Assembly (NCBI GenBank): GCA_046330135.1 | Contig: JAXLTI010000003.1 | Location: forward strand, 387,913 to 451,912 | Length of the DNA: 64,000 nucleotides | Origin: a bacterium | Lineage (GTDB): Bacteria > ARS69 | Direction of reading: 5' to 3' | In this document: piece by piece, positions 7,486-18,293 of the stretch | Numbering within the stretch: the first letter of the stretch is position 1 | Layout: every line of letters starts with the position of its first letter | Notes under the pieces: model-generated | Told to the model about the DNA's origin: nothing | The model's database searches: none | Seen by the model: only the letters and a program-made list of their open reading frames with translations | Program-made: the position numbers and the translations under genes

Positions 7486-8696
7486 CCAGCACCTCGATCG
7501 AGACGAAGGCGGCGTTCCAACCGAAGCGCTTCTACCGGGAGCTCGACCGTCTGCTCGGCGAGGTCGAGGGCGGCGGGCTGTACGCGGAGTGGTTCCCGTG
7601 GATCGTTTCGGAAATCGTGAAGCGCTTCGGTCCGGCGCTCTCCATCGAGAGCGGTCGCCTCTACGTGGAGCAGGAAGGGGAGTTCTTGGCGCGCGCGCTT
7701 CCGGGCGCGTCGCCGGCCGCCTTCGCCGTGGACGACCCGGCCATCCGCCTGCTGCGGCGCCACGGGGTGTACCTGTTCGACGGGGCCGTCGGACCCGGCA
7801 GCGCCCCCGAAGATCTGGGGCAGGCCGACACGGCGGGCCTCCTCATCGAGGGGGACCCTCGCCGCGTGTTCTCCTTCAAGCTCCGCAGCGGCTGGCTGCG
7901 GGACGACGTGGACTTCGCGCTGAACACGATTCGCAACGCCATCCACGACCGCATGTCGTTCCAGACGATGAAGGTGGACCTGGACCAGGCGGCGGAGATC
8001 CAGCGCAGCCTCCTGCCCGCCTCCCCGCCGCCCTTCCCGGGTTTCTCCATCGCCGCGCGCTCGATTCCGGCCGCCCGCGTGGGCGGGGACTTCTACGACT
8101 TCATCATCACCGAGCCGGACACGCTGCTCCTCGCGGTGGGCGACGCCAGCGGCCACGGCCTCGCCGCCGCGCTCCTCTCCCGCGACGTCGTCACGGGGCT
8201 GCGCATGGGCGCCGAGCGCGGACTGAAGATCACGAACATGGTGATCCAGCTGAACAAGGTCATCGGGCGGAGCATGCTCTCCACCCGGTTCGTGTCGCTC
8301 TTCTTCGCCGAGGTCGAGTCGAACGGGAACGTCTTCTACGTGAACGCCGGACATGCGGCGCCGTGGATCATCGGCGAGCGCGGCGTGCGGCGCCTGAACC
8401 GCGGAGGCACCATCCTCGGGCCGCTCGAGACGTCCACGTTCCAGCGGGGCTTCGCTCACATCGACCGCGGGGACTCGCTGGTCGTGGTGACGGACGGGTT
8501 CTTGGAGCGGATCAACGAGCAGGGCGACTACTTCGACGAAGAAGGCGTGGAGCGCGCGGTGGCGCCGCGGGCCGGCGAGGACGCGAAGGTGGTCCTGGAT
8601 GCGCTCTTCGCGGCCGCCGACGCGTACGGCGAGGGACGTCCCTGGGCCGACGACACCACGGCCGTCGTGGTCACCCGCGCGCGGCGCTCGTCGTAG
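7482..8696 (+). CDS. PP2C-family (SpoIIE/RsbU-like) serine phosphatase with an N-terminal domain of unknown type
   Basis: The C-terminal half reads AAEIQRSLLP...ARVGGDFYDFI...LLAVGDASGHGLAAALLS...FYVNAGHAAPW...LVVVTDGFLE. The start is inferred as TTG 7482, overlapping the upstream TGA (TTGA). There is no in-frame ATG until far downstream. Confidence 0.7.
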   Translation: MTSTSIETKAAFQPKRFYRELDRLLGEVEGGGLYAEWFPWIVSEIVKRFGPALSIESGRLYVEQEGEFLARALPGASPAAFAVDDPAIRLLRRHGVYLFDGAVGPGSAPEDLGQADTAGLLIEGDPRRVFSFKLRSGWLRDDVDFALNTIRNAIHDRMSFQTMKVDLDQAAEIQRSLLPASPPPFPGFSIAARSIPAARVGGDFYDFIITEPDTLLLAVGDASGHGLAAALLSRDVVTGLRMGAERGLKITNMVIQLNKVIGRSMLSTRFVSLFFAEVESNGNVFYVNAGHAAPWIIGERGVRRLNRGGTILGPLETSTFQRGFAHIDRGDSLVVVTDGFLERINEQGDYFDEEGVERAVAPRAGEDAKVVLDALFAAADAYGEGRPWADDTTAVVVTRARRSS

Positions 8697-9777
8697 CGTC
8701 GGCTCCGGCGCCGAGCTTGCCCAGGCGCTCCAGCACGGCTCCCGCCACCAGGGGCCACGCGATCGTGGCATCGGCGGGCACCTCGGCGAAGCGTCCGCCT
8801 TCCTCCGGCGGAACGAACTTCCCCCAGGACACGCCTTCCGAGTACGTGCATCCGGACAGTCCGCCCCAGTGGTCCGGCTCGGGGCAGATCCGCACGGCGT
8901 ACGTGAAGCGGACGAGCGCGCCGGTGCCGGGGATGCGCTTGTCGAGGATCTCCCAGAAGGGGCCCACCTGCTGTCCCCAGTTGCGCGGGACGCCGCCGCC
9001 GATCGTGAAGATGCCGAGCCGCTTCTTCGTCCGGCAGAGATCGGTGTAGTGGCGGAGGTCGAGGAACGGGTCGTACGCGAGGCGCTTCTTCCCTGCCATC
9101 TGGCGGCGTCGGTTCGTCACCTCGAAGTCCAACCCGAGCTCCGAGTCCGTGAACGCCGGCACGTAGACCGGAACCCCGAGCTTCCTCGCGGTGGGAAGGA
9201 TGCCGCGCGAGAGATTCTGCCCGAGGAGGACGTCGCCGAGCAGCTCGTGGATGCGACGGCTGCACAGAGCTTCCGACTCGTCCGCGCGGGAGAGCGCCTG
9301 CTCCACGATCTTCTGGACGTCGTCGAGGTTCGACTCCATCTCGAGCGTGTCGTATACGCGGTTGTAGCCCTTCGCGTAGAGCTCCTCGTCGTTCATGCGC
9401 GCGTCCCACTTGTAGTGCGTGAGGCCCGCCGCCTGCACGAAGCCGTGCGCCATGAGCGCGCCCGTGGAGATGACCGCGTCCAGGAAGCGAGCTTCCAGCA
9501 TGTCGCAGAGAAGATGGCCCATCATGCCGACGGTCATCGCGCCGGAGAACGTGCCGACGACGAGACAATCCTCGTCCTCCACCATCGCCTGGAGGACGTC
9601 GGCCGCCTCGCCGACGCGCCGCCCGCCGAAGGACGTGGAGCGCATCTCGTCCACCAGGGCGCCGATGGTGCGGCAGCGGTGGATCTCGAGGGGTCGGACC
9701 GCGGTCAGCCCGTCCGCGCGCCCGTCGTGGAGCCCGCGGTGCACCAGTTCTTTCCGGTCAGGGTGATGTCCGCTCAT
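8671..9777 (-). CDS. Deoxyhypusine synthase-like protein (DHS family)
   Basis: Motifs: MSGHHPDRKEL...GTFSGAMTVGMMG...FTIGGGVPRNW...SGCTYSEGVSWGKF, compared with eukaryotic DHS ...GGGV.KH...EAVSWGKI. Confidence 0.8.
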   Translation of the reverse strand: MSGHHPDRKELVHRGLHDGRADGLTAVRPLEIHRCRTIGALVDEMRSTSFGGRRVGEAADVLQAMVEDEDCLVVGTFSGAMTVGMMGHLLCDMLEARFLDAVISTGALMAHGFVQAAGLTHYKWDARMNDEELYAKGYNRVYDTLEMESNLDDVQKIVEQALSRADESEALCSRRIHELLGDVLLGQNLSRGILPTARKLGVPVYVPAFTDSELGLDFEVTNRRRQMAGKKRLAYDPFLDLRHYTDLCRTKKRLGIFTIGGGVPRNWGQQVGPFWEILDKRIPGTGALVRFTYAVRICPEPDHWGGLSGCTYSEGVSWGKFVPPEEGGRFAEVPADATIAWPLVAGAVLERLGKLGAGADATTSAARG

Positions 9778-9896
9778 CGCCGATTCCTCCCTGGAAGCCC
9801 GCGACCGTAGCACGAACCGCCGCTGCCCCGCGATGCTCAAGCCCGCGACGGATCCGGACGATCTATTCCAGAAGCCCCCGCCGGGAGGAGAACGTC

Positions 9897-10259
9897 GTGA
9901 GCGACGCCGTCCAGGTCACCACCGAGACCGCCGGTCCGGTCGTGATCCTCCGGGTCGACGAGACGCAGGTCCTCGCGGACCGCGCCGAGAGCTTCCGCAC
10001 GCGCATGCTCGCCGTGATCCCGCCCGTCGGAGGCCGTTTGGCCATCGATCTCCGGAAGGTCGACTTCCTGGACAGCTCGGGCCTCGGCGCTCTGGTGACG
10101 GTGCTCAAGGCGGTCCGCCCCGAGGGCGAGCTCGTGCTCTTCGGGCTCCGTCCGAGCGTCCGGGAGATCCTGCGCCTCACGCACCTGGACTCGGTCTTCC
10201 TGTGCGAGCCGGACGAAGCGAAGGCGATCGCGGTCCTCGCCGGGACGCCCACGCGCTGA
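9897..10259 (+). CDS. STAS-domain anti-sigma-factor antagonist (SpoIIAA/RsbV-like)
   Basis: 120 aa. DLRKVDFLDSSGLGALVTV carries the conserved phosphorylatable Ser in the DSSGL context. GTG start preceded by gggaggag. Confidence 0.8.
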   Translation: MSDAVQVTTETAGPVVILRVDETQVLADRAESFRTRMLAVIPPVGGRLAIDLRKVDFLDSSGLGALVTVLKAVRPEGELVLFGLRPSVREILRLTHLDSVFLCEPDEAKAIAVLAGTPTR

Positions 10260-10306
10260 TCCCGTCCCGCTCCGCCCGACCGGCGCTGCCGCGGCGCTGA
10301 TTCCCG

Positions 10307-12328
10307 TCAGCGCAGCAGCCGCTGCGCCCGCTGCGCCACCAGCGCCGGATCGAAGCCCAGCCGACGCGCCACCTCCGCGCCCGGCGCCGAGGCGCCGAAC
10401 CGCGAGAGGCGCACCACGTCGTCGATGTCGGCGCGCAGGATGTCGAGCGTGCGCGCGGTCCCCGCCTCCACGAAGAGCCTCGGCACGCCCCGGGGCAGCA
10501 GACGCTCGCGCGACATGGGGTCCGTTCCGAGGAACTCCTCCACGCACGGCAGCGAGACGACGCGCACGGCCACACCTTCGCTCTCCAGGAGCAGCGCCGC
10601 GTCGCGGCAGAGCGCGACCTCGGAGCCGGTCCCGACGAAGACGATGGCCGGCCTCGCTCCTGCCGTACGGTGCACGACGCCGGCGAGCCCGACCGGCGCG
10701 GGCACGTCAGCGCCCGGCGGGCGCTCGAACACGGGCAGCGGCTGGCGCGTGAGCAGGATCGCCGTGGGGCCCGCGGCGCGCCGCAGGGCGTAGCGCCACG
10801 CGTCCACGGTCTCGCGTGCGTCGGCGGGCCGCACGACGTGCAACCCCGGGATCTCGCGCAGGGCGTCCAGGTGCTCGACCGGCTCGTGCGTGGGCCCGTC
10901 CTCGCCCACCCAGATGCTGTCGTGCGTGAAGACGTGCACCACCGGCAGCTCCATGATCGCCGCGAGCCGGATGGACGGGCGCATGTAGTCCGAGAAGACG
11001 AGGAACGTGGAGCCCACCGGCCGCACGCCGCCGTGGAGCGCGAGCCCGTTCGTGATCGCGCCCATGCCGTGCTCGCGAATGCCGTAGTAGAGATTCCGCC
11101 CGGCGTAGCCGGGCTTCGCCACCGCCGCGGCCCCCTCCACATTCGTCAGATTCGACTCGAAGAGATCCGCGGAACCGCATACGAGAGAAGGGAGTTGCTC
11201 GGCCAGAAGCTGGACCACTTGCTGACCCGCCTTGCGCGTGGCCACGGCCGTCCCGGTGGGCCATTCCGGGGCCTTCGCGAGGAGGTCCGGGGGCAGCTCG
11301 CCCTCGAGCGCCGCCTCCCAGGCCCGGCACGCCGCGGGGTCGGCGGCGCGCCAGCGGGCGAGGCGCTCGCGCCACGCCGCCGACATCTTCGCGCGCGCCT
11401 CCCGCCACGCGGCGAAATACGACCGCACCTCTTCGGGCACGTGGAACTTCACCTCCGGATCGAAGCCGAGCCGCTCCTTGACGAGGCGGACCTCCTCCTC
11501 GCCGAGCGGAGCGCCGTGGGCCTTGTTCTTGCCTTCGAAGTTCGGGCTGCCGTGCGCGATGATCGACCGCCCCACCACCAGGCTCGGCCGCTCCTTCTCC
11601 GCGAAGCACGCGAGGAGCGCCGCCTCCACCGCGACGCGATCGTGCGCGTCCACCGGCCCCACGACGTGCCAGCCGTACGCGCGGAACCGCGCGCCCACGT
11701 CCTCCGTGAAGGCGAGGCTCGTGGGGCCGTCGATCGTGATGTGGTTCGAGTCGTACCAGACGGTCAGCCGCGAGAGGCCCCAGTGCCCGGCGAGCGACGC
11801 CGCCTCGCTGGCCACGCCTTCCATGAGGTCGCCGTCGCCGGCGAGGCAGAACGTGCGGTGGCCTTCGGGTCCGTCGGGGTTGCCGGGGAAGCGCGCGGCG
11901 ACGAGTCGCTCCGCGAGCGCCATCCCCACCGCGTTCCCGACGCCCTGACCGAGAGGCCCCGTGGTGGTCTCGACTCCCGCCGTCACCCCGTGCTCGGGAT
12001 GCCCGGGCGTGCGCGAGCCCCACTGCCGGAAGCGGCGCAGCTCGTCGAGTGGAAGATCGAAGCCGGAGAGATGCAGCATCGAGTAGAGGAGCATCGACCC
12101 GTGGCCGGCGGAGAGGACGAAGCGGTCGCGGCCGGGCCACTCGGGCCACGCCGGATCCACGCGCAGGTGACGCGACCAGAGCACGGCGGCGAAGTCTGCG
12201 CAGCCCATCGGCAAGCCGGGATGACCGGACTTCGCCTGCTGCACGGCGTCGAGCGAGAGCGTGCGGATCGTGTCGACGAGTCGCTGCTCGACGTCGGTCG
12301 AAGGCTTCACGGGCGCGGAAGGCGTCAT
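10307..12328 (-). CDS. tkt: Transketolase
   Basis: ATG 12328 with RBS gaggagga. Motifs: [61 protein letters not shown] and [19 protein letters not shown]. The 316 upstream codons of the track ORF are shadow. Confidence 0.93.
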   Translation of the reverse strand: MTPSAPVKPSTDVEQRLVDTIRTLSLDAVQQAKSGHPGLPMGCADFAAVLWSRHLRVDPAWPEWPGRDRFVLSAGHGSMLLYSMLHLSGFDLPLDELRRFRQWGSRTPGHPEHGVTAGVETTTGPLGQGVGNAVGMALAERLVAARFPGNPDGPEGHRTFCLAGDGDLMEGVASEAASLAGHWGLSRLTVWYDSNHITIDGPTSLAFTEDVGARFRAYGWHVVGPVDAHDRVAVEAALLACFAEKERPSLVVGRSIIAHGSPNFEGKNKAHGAPLGEEEVRLVKERLGFDPEVKFHVPEEVRSYFAAWREARAKMSAAWRERLARWRAADPAACRAWEAALEGELPPDLLAKAPEWPTGTAVATRKAGQQVVQLLAEQLPSLVCGSADLFESNLTNVEGAAAVAKPGYAGRNLYYGIREHGMGAITNGLALHGGVRPVGSTFLVFSDYMRPSIRLAAIMELPVVHVFTHDSIWVGEDGPTHEPVEHLDALREIPGLHVVRPADARETVDAWRYALRRAAGPTAILLTRQPLPVFERPPGADVPAPVGLAGVVHRTAGARPAIVFVGTGSEVALCRDAALLLESEGVAVRVVSLPCVEEFLGTDPMSRERLLPRGVPRLFVEAGTARTLDILRADIDDVVRLSRFGASAPGAEVARRLGFDPALVAQRAQRLLR

Positions 12329-12351
12329 CGGATTCCTCCTCGCGGCGGATC

Positions 12352-13524
12352 CTAGCGCGGATCCGGCGGAGCGCAAAGACACGCCACCCGCGCGCGCCCG
12401 CGCGGGAACAAGACGACGACGCGGATCGGGCCGTCGACTTCTCGCGGCAGGCCGCGACGCACGTCCGCCTCCGGGAGGCGCAGGCCCCGCTGCTTCACGA
12501 GGATCTCGCGCGGCGGATCCGAAGCGAGGCGCCGCGCCAGGTCCGAGGGGCGATACGGGAACACGTGGAGCACGGGGTAGGCGCGCGCCCACGTCGAGCG
12601 CGGGTCGACGTCGGCGAAGAGGTACGTGCTCTCGGGAGAGACGCGCGCGGCGCCGAGCTCGCGCGCCAGCGCGTCCACCCCGCCCGCCCGCCGCAGCGCC
12701 GGATCGGGATCGAGGAGGAAGGCGCCGTTCGCCGCGTCCCCGGCCGGCGGCCCGTCTTCCACCACGCGGGTCTCCCCCGTGGCCGCGAGCACCGCGGCCC
12801 GCCGCCCCGGCGTCTCCCCCGCGCCGAAGCGGAGCAGCGCTTCCTTGCACTCGCCGCCCTCGGAGAGGAACTCCACCGCGCATTCCGGCGGGATCTCGTC
12901 GTCCGCGAGCGCCGGCGGCGCCTTCACCAGCGCGCGCGCGAAGCGCGGCAGCAGCGCCGCGATCTCCGACCACGAGGGCGAGGACGTCGCGAGACTCGCC
13001 TGACGGCGGCCCGAGGCGCGTCGATCGGGGTCGAGAAAGAGCGCGTCGCCGCGCGCGGGAAGCCGCGCCGCTTCCCCCCGCGCCACCAGCGAGCGCGAGG
13101 ACTCGCCGGCGAGCACGCCGAGGTTGTGACGGGCGAGCTTCGCGCGGAAAGGATCCCGCTCGAGCGCGATCACGCGACAGCCGGCGCGCGCGAAGGCGTA
13201 CGAGTCCGCGCCGAGCCCGCAGCCCGCGTCGACGACCGCCGCGCCCGCCGGAACGCAGGCGGCGTGGCGGGCGGCGCATGCAGGCGACGTGGCCTGCTCG
13301 AGAGGCACGCGCTCGAAGAGGAGCCGTGCCGCCTCGGGCAGCTTCGCCCCCGCCCGGCCCTCCAGGAGGATCTGCTCGGCCAACGCCCGCGCCTGCGCGG
13401 GCGCGAGGCGCTTGCGGAGCGCGGCGGCGAGACGCAGGGGGTCCGCGGCAGCGTCCGTGCCGCGCAGCTCGTCGCGGAGCGCGAACGCTTCGGCGCTCGC
13501 GAGGAACGCGAAGAGGTCGCTCAA
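12352..13524 (-). CDS. Class I SAM-dependent methyltransferase with a THUMP-like C-terminal region
   Basis: Motif I is [19 protein letters not shown]. The start is uncertain. TTG 13524 overlaps the citF stop (TTGA); the track start at 13578 would overlap citF by 57 nt. Confidence 0.55.
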   Translation of the reverse strand: MSDLFAFLASAEAFALRDELRGTDAAADPLRLAAALRKRLAPAQARALAEQILLEGRAGAKLPEAARLLFERVPLEQATSPACAARHAACVPAGAAVVDAGCGLGADSYAFARAGCRVIALERDPFRAKLARHNLGVLAGESSRSLVARGEAARLPARGDALFLDPDRRASGRRQASLATSSPSWSEIAALLPRFARALVKAPPALADDEIPPECAVEFLSEGGECKEALLRFGAGETPGRRAAVLAATGETRVVEDGPPAGDAANGAFLLDPDPALRRAGGVDALARELGAARVSPESTYLFADVDPRSTWARAYPVLHVFPYRPSDLARRLASDPPREILVKQRGLRLPEADVRRGLPREVDGPIRVVVLFPRGRARVACLCAPPDPR

Positions 13525-15104
13525 CCGCCGGCGGGGAGGACGCGGCGCACGGCGTCGATCACGGTGCCGTCCACCCACTGGATCGTGGCCACGAAGTCGT
13601 CGGCGAGAGCGGGCGCCTCCGGAGGTCCTCCGCAGAGGCGTTCCACGTCCGCCTTGATCTCACGGATGTCGCGGATGGGGAGATCCGAGCCGCGAAGCGC
13701 GTCCAGGAGGTCCTGCCGGCGCGGATTCACGGCGATGCCCCGCTCGGTGGCCACGACGTCGATCAGCTCGCCCGGACCGGTGAGCGTGGTCACGCGGTCC
13801 ACGAGCACGGGGATGCGGTCCCGCACCGACGGCAGGGCCAGCACCGTGCACTTCGCGAAGAGACAGTTCTGCCAGCCGCCGATCCCGTGCAGGAGCTTCC
13901 CGTCCGAGTGCGTGACGACGTTCGCGTTGAAGTCCACGTCCACCTCGGTGGCGCCGAGCACGGTGACGTCCACCATGGACGCGAAGTTGCCCTTGCCATG
14001 GTAGTTGTAGCTCGTGAAGGGGCTCGTGTTCTCGTGGCCCGTGTTCTCGCGCATCGAGCGCACGCCCTCGAGGTCGAACGTCTGGCCGTCCAGCAGCGCC
14101 GGCGAGAGACCTTCCTCCAGCATCTCCACGAGGTAGCGCGTGCTGCCGCCGCGCATGAACGAAGCCTGGATGCCGCGCTCGATCATCATGCGCTTCAGGT
14201 AGATGGCGAAGGCCAGCGCGATGCCGCCGGCGCCGGCCTGGAAGCTGAAGCCGTCCCGCAGAATGCCCGCGTCCCGGACGAAGCGCGCCACGTGCTCCGC
14301 GATGAGCAGACGGTCCGGGCTGCCGGTCACCCTCGTGGTGCCGGACACGATCTTCGAAGGATCGCCCACCTTGTCCACCACGACGACCTGGTCCACGTGG
14401 TTCCCCTGGATTTGCCAGGGCAAGCACGGGAACGCCACGAGGTTGTCCGTCACGACCAGCACGTGATCCGCGAACATGGAGTCCGCCAAGGCGAAGCCGA
14501 GCAGCCCGCACGCGGAGGGCCCGCGGTCCCCGGTGGCGTTGCCGAACGCGTCGGCGGTGGGCGCCGCGATCACCGCGAGGTCGAGGCGGAGGTCGCCGTC
14601 CTGGATCGCCTGCCAGCGCCCGCCGTGGGAGCGGAGGATCCCGGCGCCGCGCATCTTGCCGAGCGACGTGAAGTCCCCGAGCGGTCCGTTCATCGAGCCT
14701 TCGATGTGGTGGATCACGCCGGACTCGAGATGGCGCACGAGCGGGGCGTGGCACGGAAACGACGCGCTCGGCGCCCACACGAGATCCCGGAGCCCCATCT
14801 CGGCGCAGAGATCGAAGACCTGATTGGCGATGAGGTCGCCGTCCCGGAAGTGGTGGTGCGTGGAGATCACGCCGCCGCTCTTCAGTCCCGACCGCTCCAG
14901 CGCGGCGCGCAAGGTGGGCGTGCGCTTGTCCCCGTCCTCGGGATAGTCCGCGCAGCTCCGGATCGGCGGCCCGTAGCGACGTCCCGTGGGCCGGTGCTTC
15001 CCGACCCCTTGGAACGGCACGCGCGGTCGGCCGTTCACCGCGGTGGGAACCGTCCGCCCCGCGGCGTTCACGACCCGGCCTTCCGTGCGCGGCGTCTCAG
15101 CCAT
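13521..15104 (-). CDS. citF: Citrate lyase alpha subunit / citrate CoA-transferase (CitF family)
   Basis: 527 aa. Motifs: [64 protein letters not shown] and LHGIGGWQN. Confidence 0.85.
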   Translation of the reverse strand: MAETPRTEGRVVNAAGRTVPTAVNGRPRVPFQGVGKHRPTGRRYGPPIRSCADYPEDGDKRTPTLRAALERSGLKSGGVISTHHHFRDGDLIANQVFDLCAEMGLRDLVWAPSASFPCHAPLVRHLESGVIHHIEGSMNGPLGDFTSLGKMRGAGILRSHGGRWQAIQDGDLRLDLAVIAAPTADAFGNATGDRGPSACGLLGFALADSMFADHVLVVTDNLVAFPCLPWQIQGNHVDQVVVVDKVGDPSKIVSGTTRVTGSPDRLLIAEHVARFVRDAGILRDGFSFQAGAGGIALAFAIYLKRMMIERGIQASFMRGGSTRYLVEMLEEGLSPALLDGQTFDLEGVRSMRENTGHENTSPFTSYNYHGKGNFASMVDVTVLGATEVDVDFNANVVTHSDGKLLHGIGGWQNCLFAKCTVLALPSVRDRIPVLVDRVTTLTGPGELIDVVATERGIAVNPRRQDLLDALRGSDLPIRDIREIKADVERLCGGPPEAPALADDFVATIQWVDGTVIDAVRRVLPAGG

Positions 15105-16329
15105 GCTTCGCCTCGCTCGCCTGCGCCGGCTCGCTCGAGTTCGCCGCGCCGCCGAGGCGGCCCGAGCGCCGCGCGAGGTCGAGCACGCGACGGGCGCGCT
15201 TCGCCACGGGCGGATCGATCATCTTCGTGCCGAGCGAGACGACCGCCAGCCCGCGCGCGGCCGCGTCGTCGAAGGCCCGGACGATGGCGCTCGCCTTCTC
15301 GATCTCGGCGTCGGTCGGGGCGAACGCGTCATGCACGACCTGGATCTGGCGCGGATGGATGCAGCCCTTGCCTTCGAACCCCAGCGCCTTCGCCTCGCGC
15401 ACGGACGCGGCGAGGCCGTCCACGTCGGCGACGTCCGAGAAGACGGTGTCGATGGGCGGGATTCCCGCGGCGCGCGCCGCCGCCACGACCATGCTGCGCG
15501 CGAAGAAGCTCTCGCGCCCCTCGAGGGTGCGCTCCGCGCCGAGATCCGCCGTGAGGTCCTCGAGCCCGAGCGTGAGCGCGCAGACCGTGGGGTGCGCCTT
15601 CGCGATGCGCACAGCCTCCAGGATCCCCGACGCGCTCTCGAGGATCGGCATGATCCAGGGCGCCGGGCCCTTCCCCGCGAGGCGCGCGCACGCCTCGGCC
15701 ACCGCCACGACGTCCTCCGCGCGATCGACCTTCGGCACGAGGATCACCTGCGCGCCGTGACCCACCACGAACGGCAAGTCCGCGAGGCCGGCCGGCAGCT
15801 GGTTGATGCGCACCATGCGCTCCGCGTCGCCCCAGTCGAGGAAGCGGAGCGCGTTCCGCACGAGCACGCGAGCGGCCGGCTTGTCCGAGGGGGCGACCGA
15901 GTCCTCGAGGTCGAGGATCACGCCGTCCGGGCGGTGGACCGCCGCGTTGATCATGAACTTCGGCTGCGAGCCCGGGAGGTACAGCCGCGTGCGGCGCAGG
16001 CGCTCGCGCGGCGACGGCGCCGCGTTCGCGGGGAGCATCGGCGGAAGGAGCGCCCTCTCGCCGACGTCCCGGGCGGCGCGCACCGCCGCTTCCAGCCGCG
16101 CGGCCAGGACGAACGGCAGCGCGCCCTGATCCTCCACCTCCACGCGCGCGTCGCGGAGATCGAGCGCGGCGCAACCGTCCTCGATCTGCCGGCGGATCGA
16201 CGCGCCGTAGAGACCCTGGACCTTGCTGCGAACGTCGACGTGCAGGCCGCCCGCGGCCGACGGCTCCACGCGAACCCAGGCGTCCGAGCGGACGTCCTTC
16301 CCGCGCGGGCCGGCGACGCCTTCGGTCAC
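15097..16329 (-). CDS. Fusion of citrate lyase acyl-carrier (CitD-like, N-terminal ~97 aa) and citrate/citramalyl-CoA lyase beta subunit (CitE/HpcH family)
   Basis: GTG 16329 overlaps the upstream stop (GTGA). The N-terminus reads VTEGVAGPRGKDVRSDAWVRVEP...VEVEDQGALPFVLAARLEAAVRAA. This compares with Klebsiella CitD AVAGTLESGDVMIRIAP...DKGALDCILRARLEA, with the Ser conserved. It runs on with no stop into RTRLYLPGSQPKFMINAAV...DLEDSVAP...MPILESASG...LGLEDLTADLG...CIHPRQI. Confidence 0.8.
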   Translation of the reverse strand: MTEGVAGPRGKDVRSDAWVRVEPSAAGGLHVDVRSKVQGLYGASIRRQIEDGCAALDLRDARVEVEDQGALPFVLAARLEAAVRAARDVGERALLPPMLPANAAPSPRERLRRTRLYLPGSQPKFMINAAVHRPDGVILDLEDSVAPSDKPAARVLVRNALRFLDWGDAERMVRINQLPAGLADLPFVVGHGAQVILVPKVDRAEDVVAVAEACARLAGKGPAPWIMPILESASGILEAVRIAKAHPTVCALTLGLEDLTADLGAERTLEGRESFFARSMVVAAARAAGIPPIDTVFSDVADVDGLAASVREAKALGFEGKGCIHPRQIQVVHDAFAPTDAEIEKASAIVRAFDDAAARGLAVVSLGTKMIDPPVAKRARRVLDLARRSGRLGGAANSSEPAQASEAKHG

Positions 16330-18293
16330 GCGCTCCCTCCGGCCGCGAGCGCTTGGGCCACCCACGCCTCGGCGCCGCCGGCGACCACGAGCTGCTGCGC
16401 CACGGGTCCGAGCGGCAGGAACGCGAGCTCCCGCGCGTCGACGCCGGGACCCGTCAGCGCGAGCCTGGAGGTGCGGAAGTCGATCGCGGCGCGCCACCCG
16501 GTGCGGATCGTGGCCGGCGTCGCGCCGAAGCGCGCCCGCAGCAGCTCCACGAGGTCCGGACATTCCAGCAGCGGGAAGCCGTTGTTGAACGCGTTCCGCT
16601 TGTAGGTCTGCGAGAACGTGGCGGCGATCACGAGCGGAATTCCGAAGAACTTGATGGCGGTGGCGGCCTGCTCTCGACTGGAGCCGGAGCCGAAGTTCGC
16701 GCCCCCCACCACGAGGTCTCCCGCGTGCGCGATGCGGACGAACTCCGGGTCGTAGTTGCGGAACACGTGCTGCGCCATCTCCGCGGGCCCGAGGTCGTCC
16801 TTGTAGGTGACGTCCTTCCCGTAGATGCCGTCCGTGTTCATGTTGTCCTTCGGCAGCCACACGATCTCGCCCTCGAGGCGGGCCGGGAAGCCCTTCAGGA
16901 TCTCGATGTCCGCCGCGGACCGCGGCGCGCGCGCGCCGGGTCGGATGGACGACACGAGCGGCCGTCCCTCGAACGGGCGGTGCCCCGCGATGCGCCCTGC
17001 CACGGCGGAGGCGGCCACGACGCTCGGGCTCGCGAGGTAGCACTCCGCGTCCCGCGATCCCATCCGGCCCTTGAAGTTCCGGTTCGTGGCGGAGATCCCG
17101 ACCTCGCCGGCCTCGAGCGTGCCCGTGCCGAGCCCGATGCACGGCCCACATCCCGGCGGAAGCGGGATGGCGCCCGCCGCCAGGAGGTCGCCCCACGCGC
17201 CCACGCGCCTCGCCTCCTCCTCTACCGACGCGCTCGCGGCCGCGAGGTAGAACTTCACGCCCTCGGCGAACCGCTTTCCCCGCACCACGCGCGCCGCTTC
17301 CACGAGGTCTTCGAGGCGCGAGTTGACGCAGGAGATGAGGTACGCCTTCTGGATCCTGATCCCGCGCTTCTCCATCTCGGGGAGCGGCGTGATGGTCTTC
17401 ACCTCGTTCGGCCCCGCCACGTGCGGCACGACCGCCGAGAGATCCAGCGTGATGTCCAGCGCGTAGGCCGCCCCCGGATCGGCGATCACGCGCCGCGCCG
17501 CGAGCGCGTCCACGTCCGCGTCGGTGAGACGCGGCTGCGCGTCCCCCCGCTCGCGGAAGCGTCGCGCGCGAGCGCGGAGCCAGCTCGCGAGGACGTCGTC
17601 GAAGGGGAAGACGCCGACGAGCGCGCCCCATTCCGTGGTCATGTTCGCGATCGTCATGCGCTGATCCATCGTGAGCGACGCGACGCCCTCGCCCTCGAAC
17701 TCGATCGCGTGGTTCAGGACCTCGTCCTTCCGGAAGGTCCCGATGAGCGAGATGATGACGTCCTTGCCGACGACGCCGTCGGCGAGCTTGCCGACGAGCC
17801 GCACGCGGGAGACGGGTGGCACCTCCCACCACGTCTCGCCCGTGGCCCAGATGGCGGCCGCGTCCGTACGCACGACCGGGGTGCCCACCGCTCCCAGCGC
17901 CCCGTACAGATTCGAGTGGGAGTCCGAGCCCACGACGAAGGAGCCGGGCCGCACGAAGCCCTCCTCCGCCATGATCTGGTGCCCGATGCCCGACTTCGCG
18001 GGGAAGAACGCGATCCCGTTCTGCCGGGCGAAGTCCTCGATCTTCGCGTACTTCGCGAGGTTCTCGGGGGACTCGTTCTGGATCTCGTGATCGAGGACGA
18101 ACACGGGCTGGCGCGGGTCCTTCACGCGGGCGGCGCCGATCGAGCGGAACTTGGGGATGACCGCGCTGGTGTTGTCGTGGGTCATCACGTGGCGGGGGCG
18201 GATGCGCACGAGGTCCCCGGCGCGCACTTCCGTTCCCGGGGGCAGGCCCACCGAGAAGGCCTGCGTGATCTTCTCGACGACGTTCTGTGCCAC
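16326..18293 (-). CDS. Aconitase-superfamily dehydratase with large and small subunits fused (homoaconitase/isopropylmalate-isomerase-like)
   Basis: GTG 18293 with RBS aagggggag. Motifs: VMTHDNTS, GSDSHSNLYGALGA, LISCVNSRLEDL, PGCGPCIGLG and ATNRNFKGRMGS (Fe-S cluster Cys ligands). The swivel domain follows: GANFGSGSSREQAA. Confidence 0.8.
   Translation of the reverse strand: MAQNVVEKITQAFSVGLPPGTEVRAGDLVRIRPRHVMTHDNTSAVIPKFRSIGAARVKDPRQPVFVLDHEIQNESPENLAKYAKIEDFARQNGIAFFPAKSGIGHQIMAEEGFVRPGSFVVGSDSHSNLYGALGAVGTPVVRTDAAAIWATGETWWEVPPVSRVRLVGKLADGVVGKDVIISLIGTFRKDEVLNHAIEFEGEGVASLTMDQRMTIANMTTEWGALVGVFPFDDVLASWLRARARRFRERGDAQPRLTDADVDALAARRVIADPGAAYALDITLDLSAVVPHVAGPNEVKTITPLPEMEKRGIRIQKAYLISCVNSRLEDLVEAARVVRGKRFAEGVKFYLAAASASVEEEARRVGAWGDLLAAGAIPLPPGCGPCIGLGTGTLEAGEVGISATNRNFKGRMGSRDAECYLASPSVVAASAVAGRIAGHRPFEGRPLVSSIRPGARAPRSAADIEILKGFPARLEGEIVWLPKDNMNTDGIYGKDVTYKDDLGPAEMAQHVFRNYDPEFVRIAHAGDLVVGGANFGSGSSREQAATAIKFFGIPLVIAATFSQTYKRNAFNNGFPLLECPDLVELLRARFGATPATIRTGWRAAIDFRTSRLALTGPGVDARELAFLPLGPVAQQLVVAGGAEAWVAQALAAGGSA

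Noticed and set aside
12329-13279. A 316-codon N-terminal extension of transketolase in the track ORF 10307-13279.
   Set aside because: The extension is Arg/Gly/Ala-rich nonsense that overlaps the methyltransferase gene. A strong RBS and ATG at 12328 give a canonical transketolase N-terminus.
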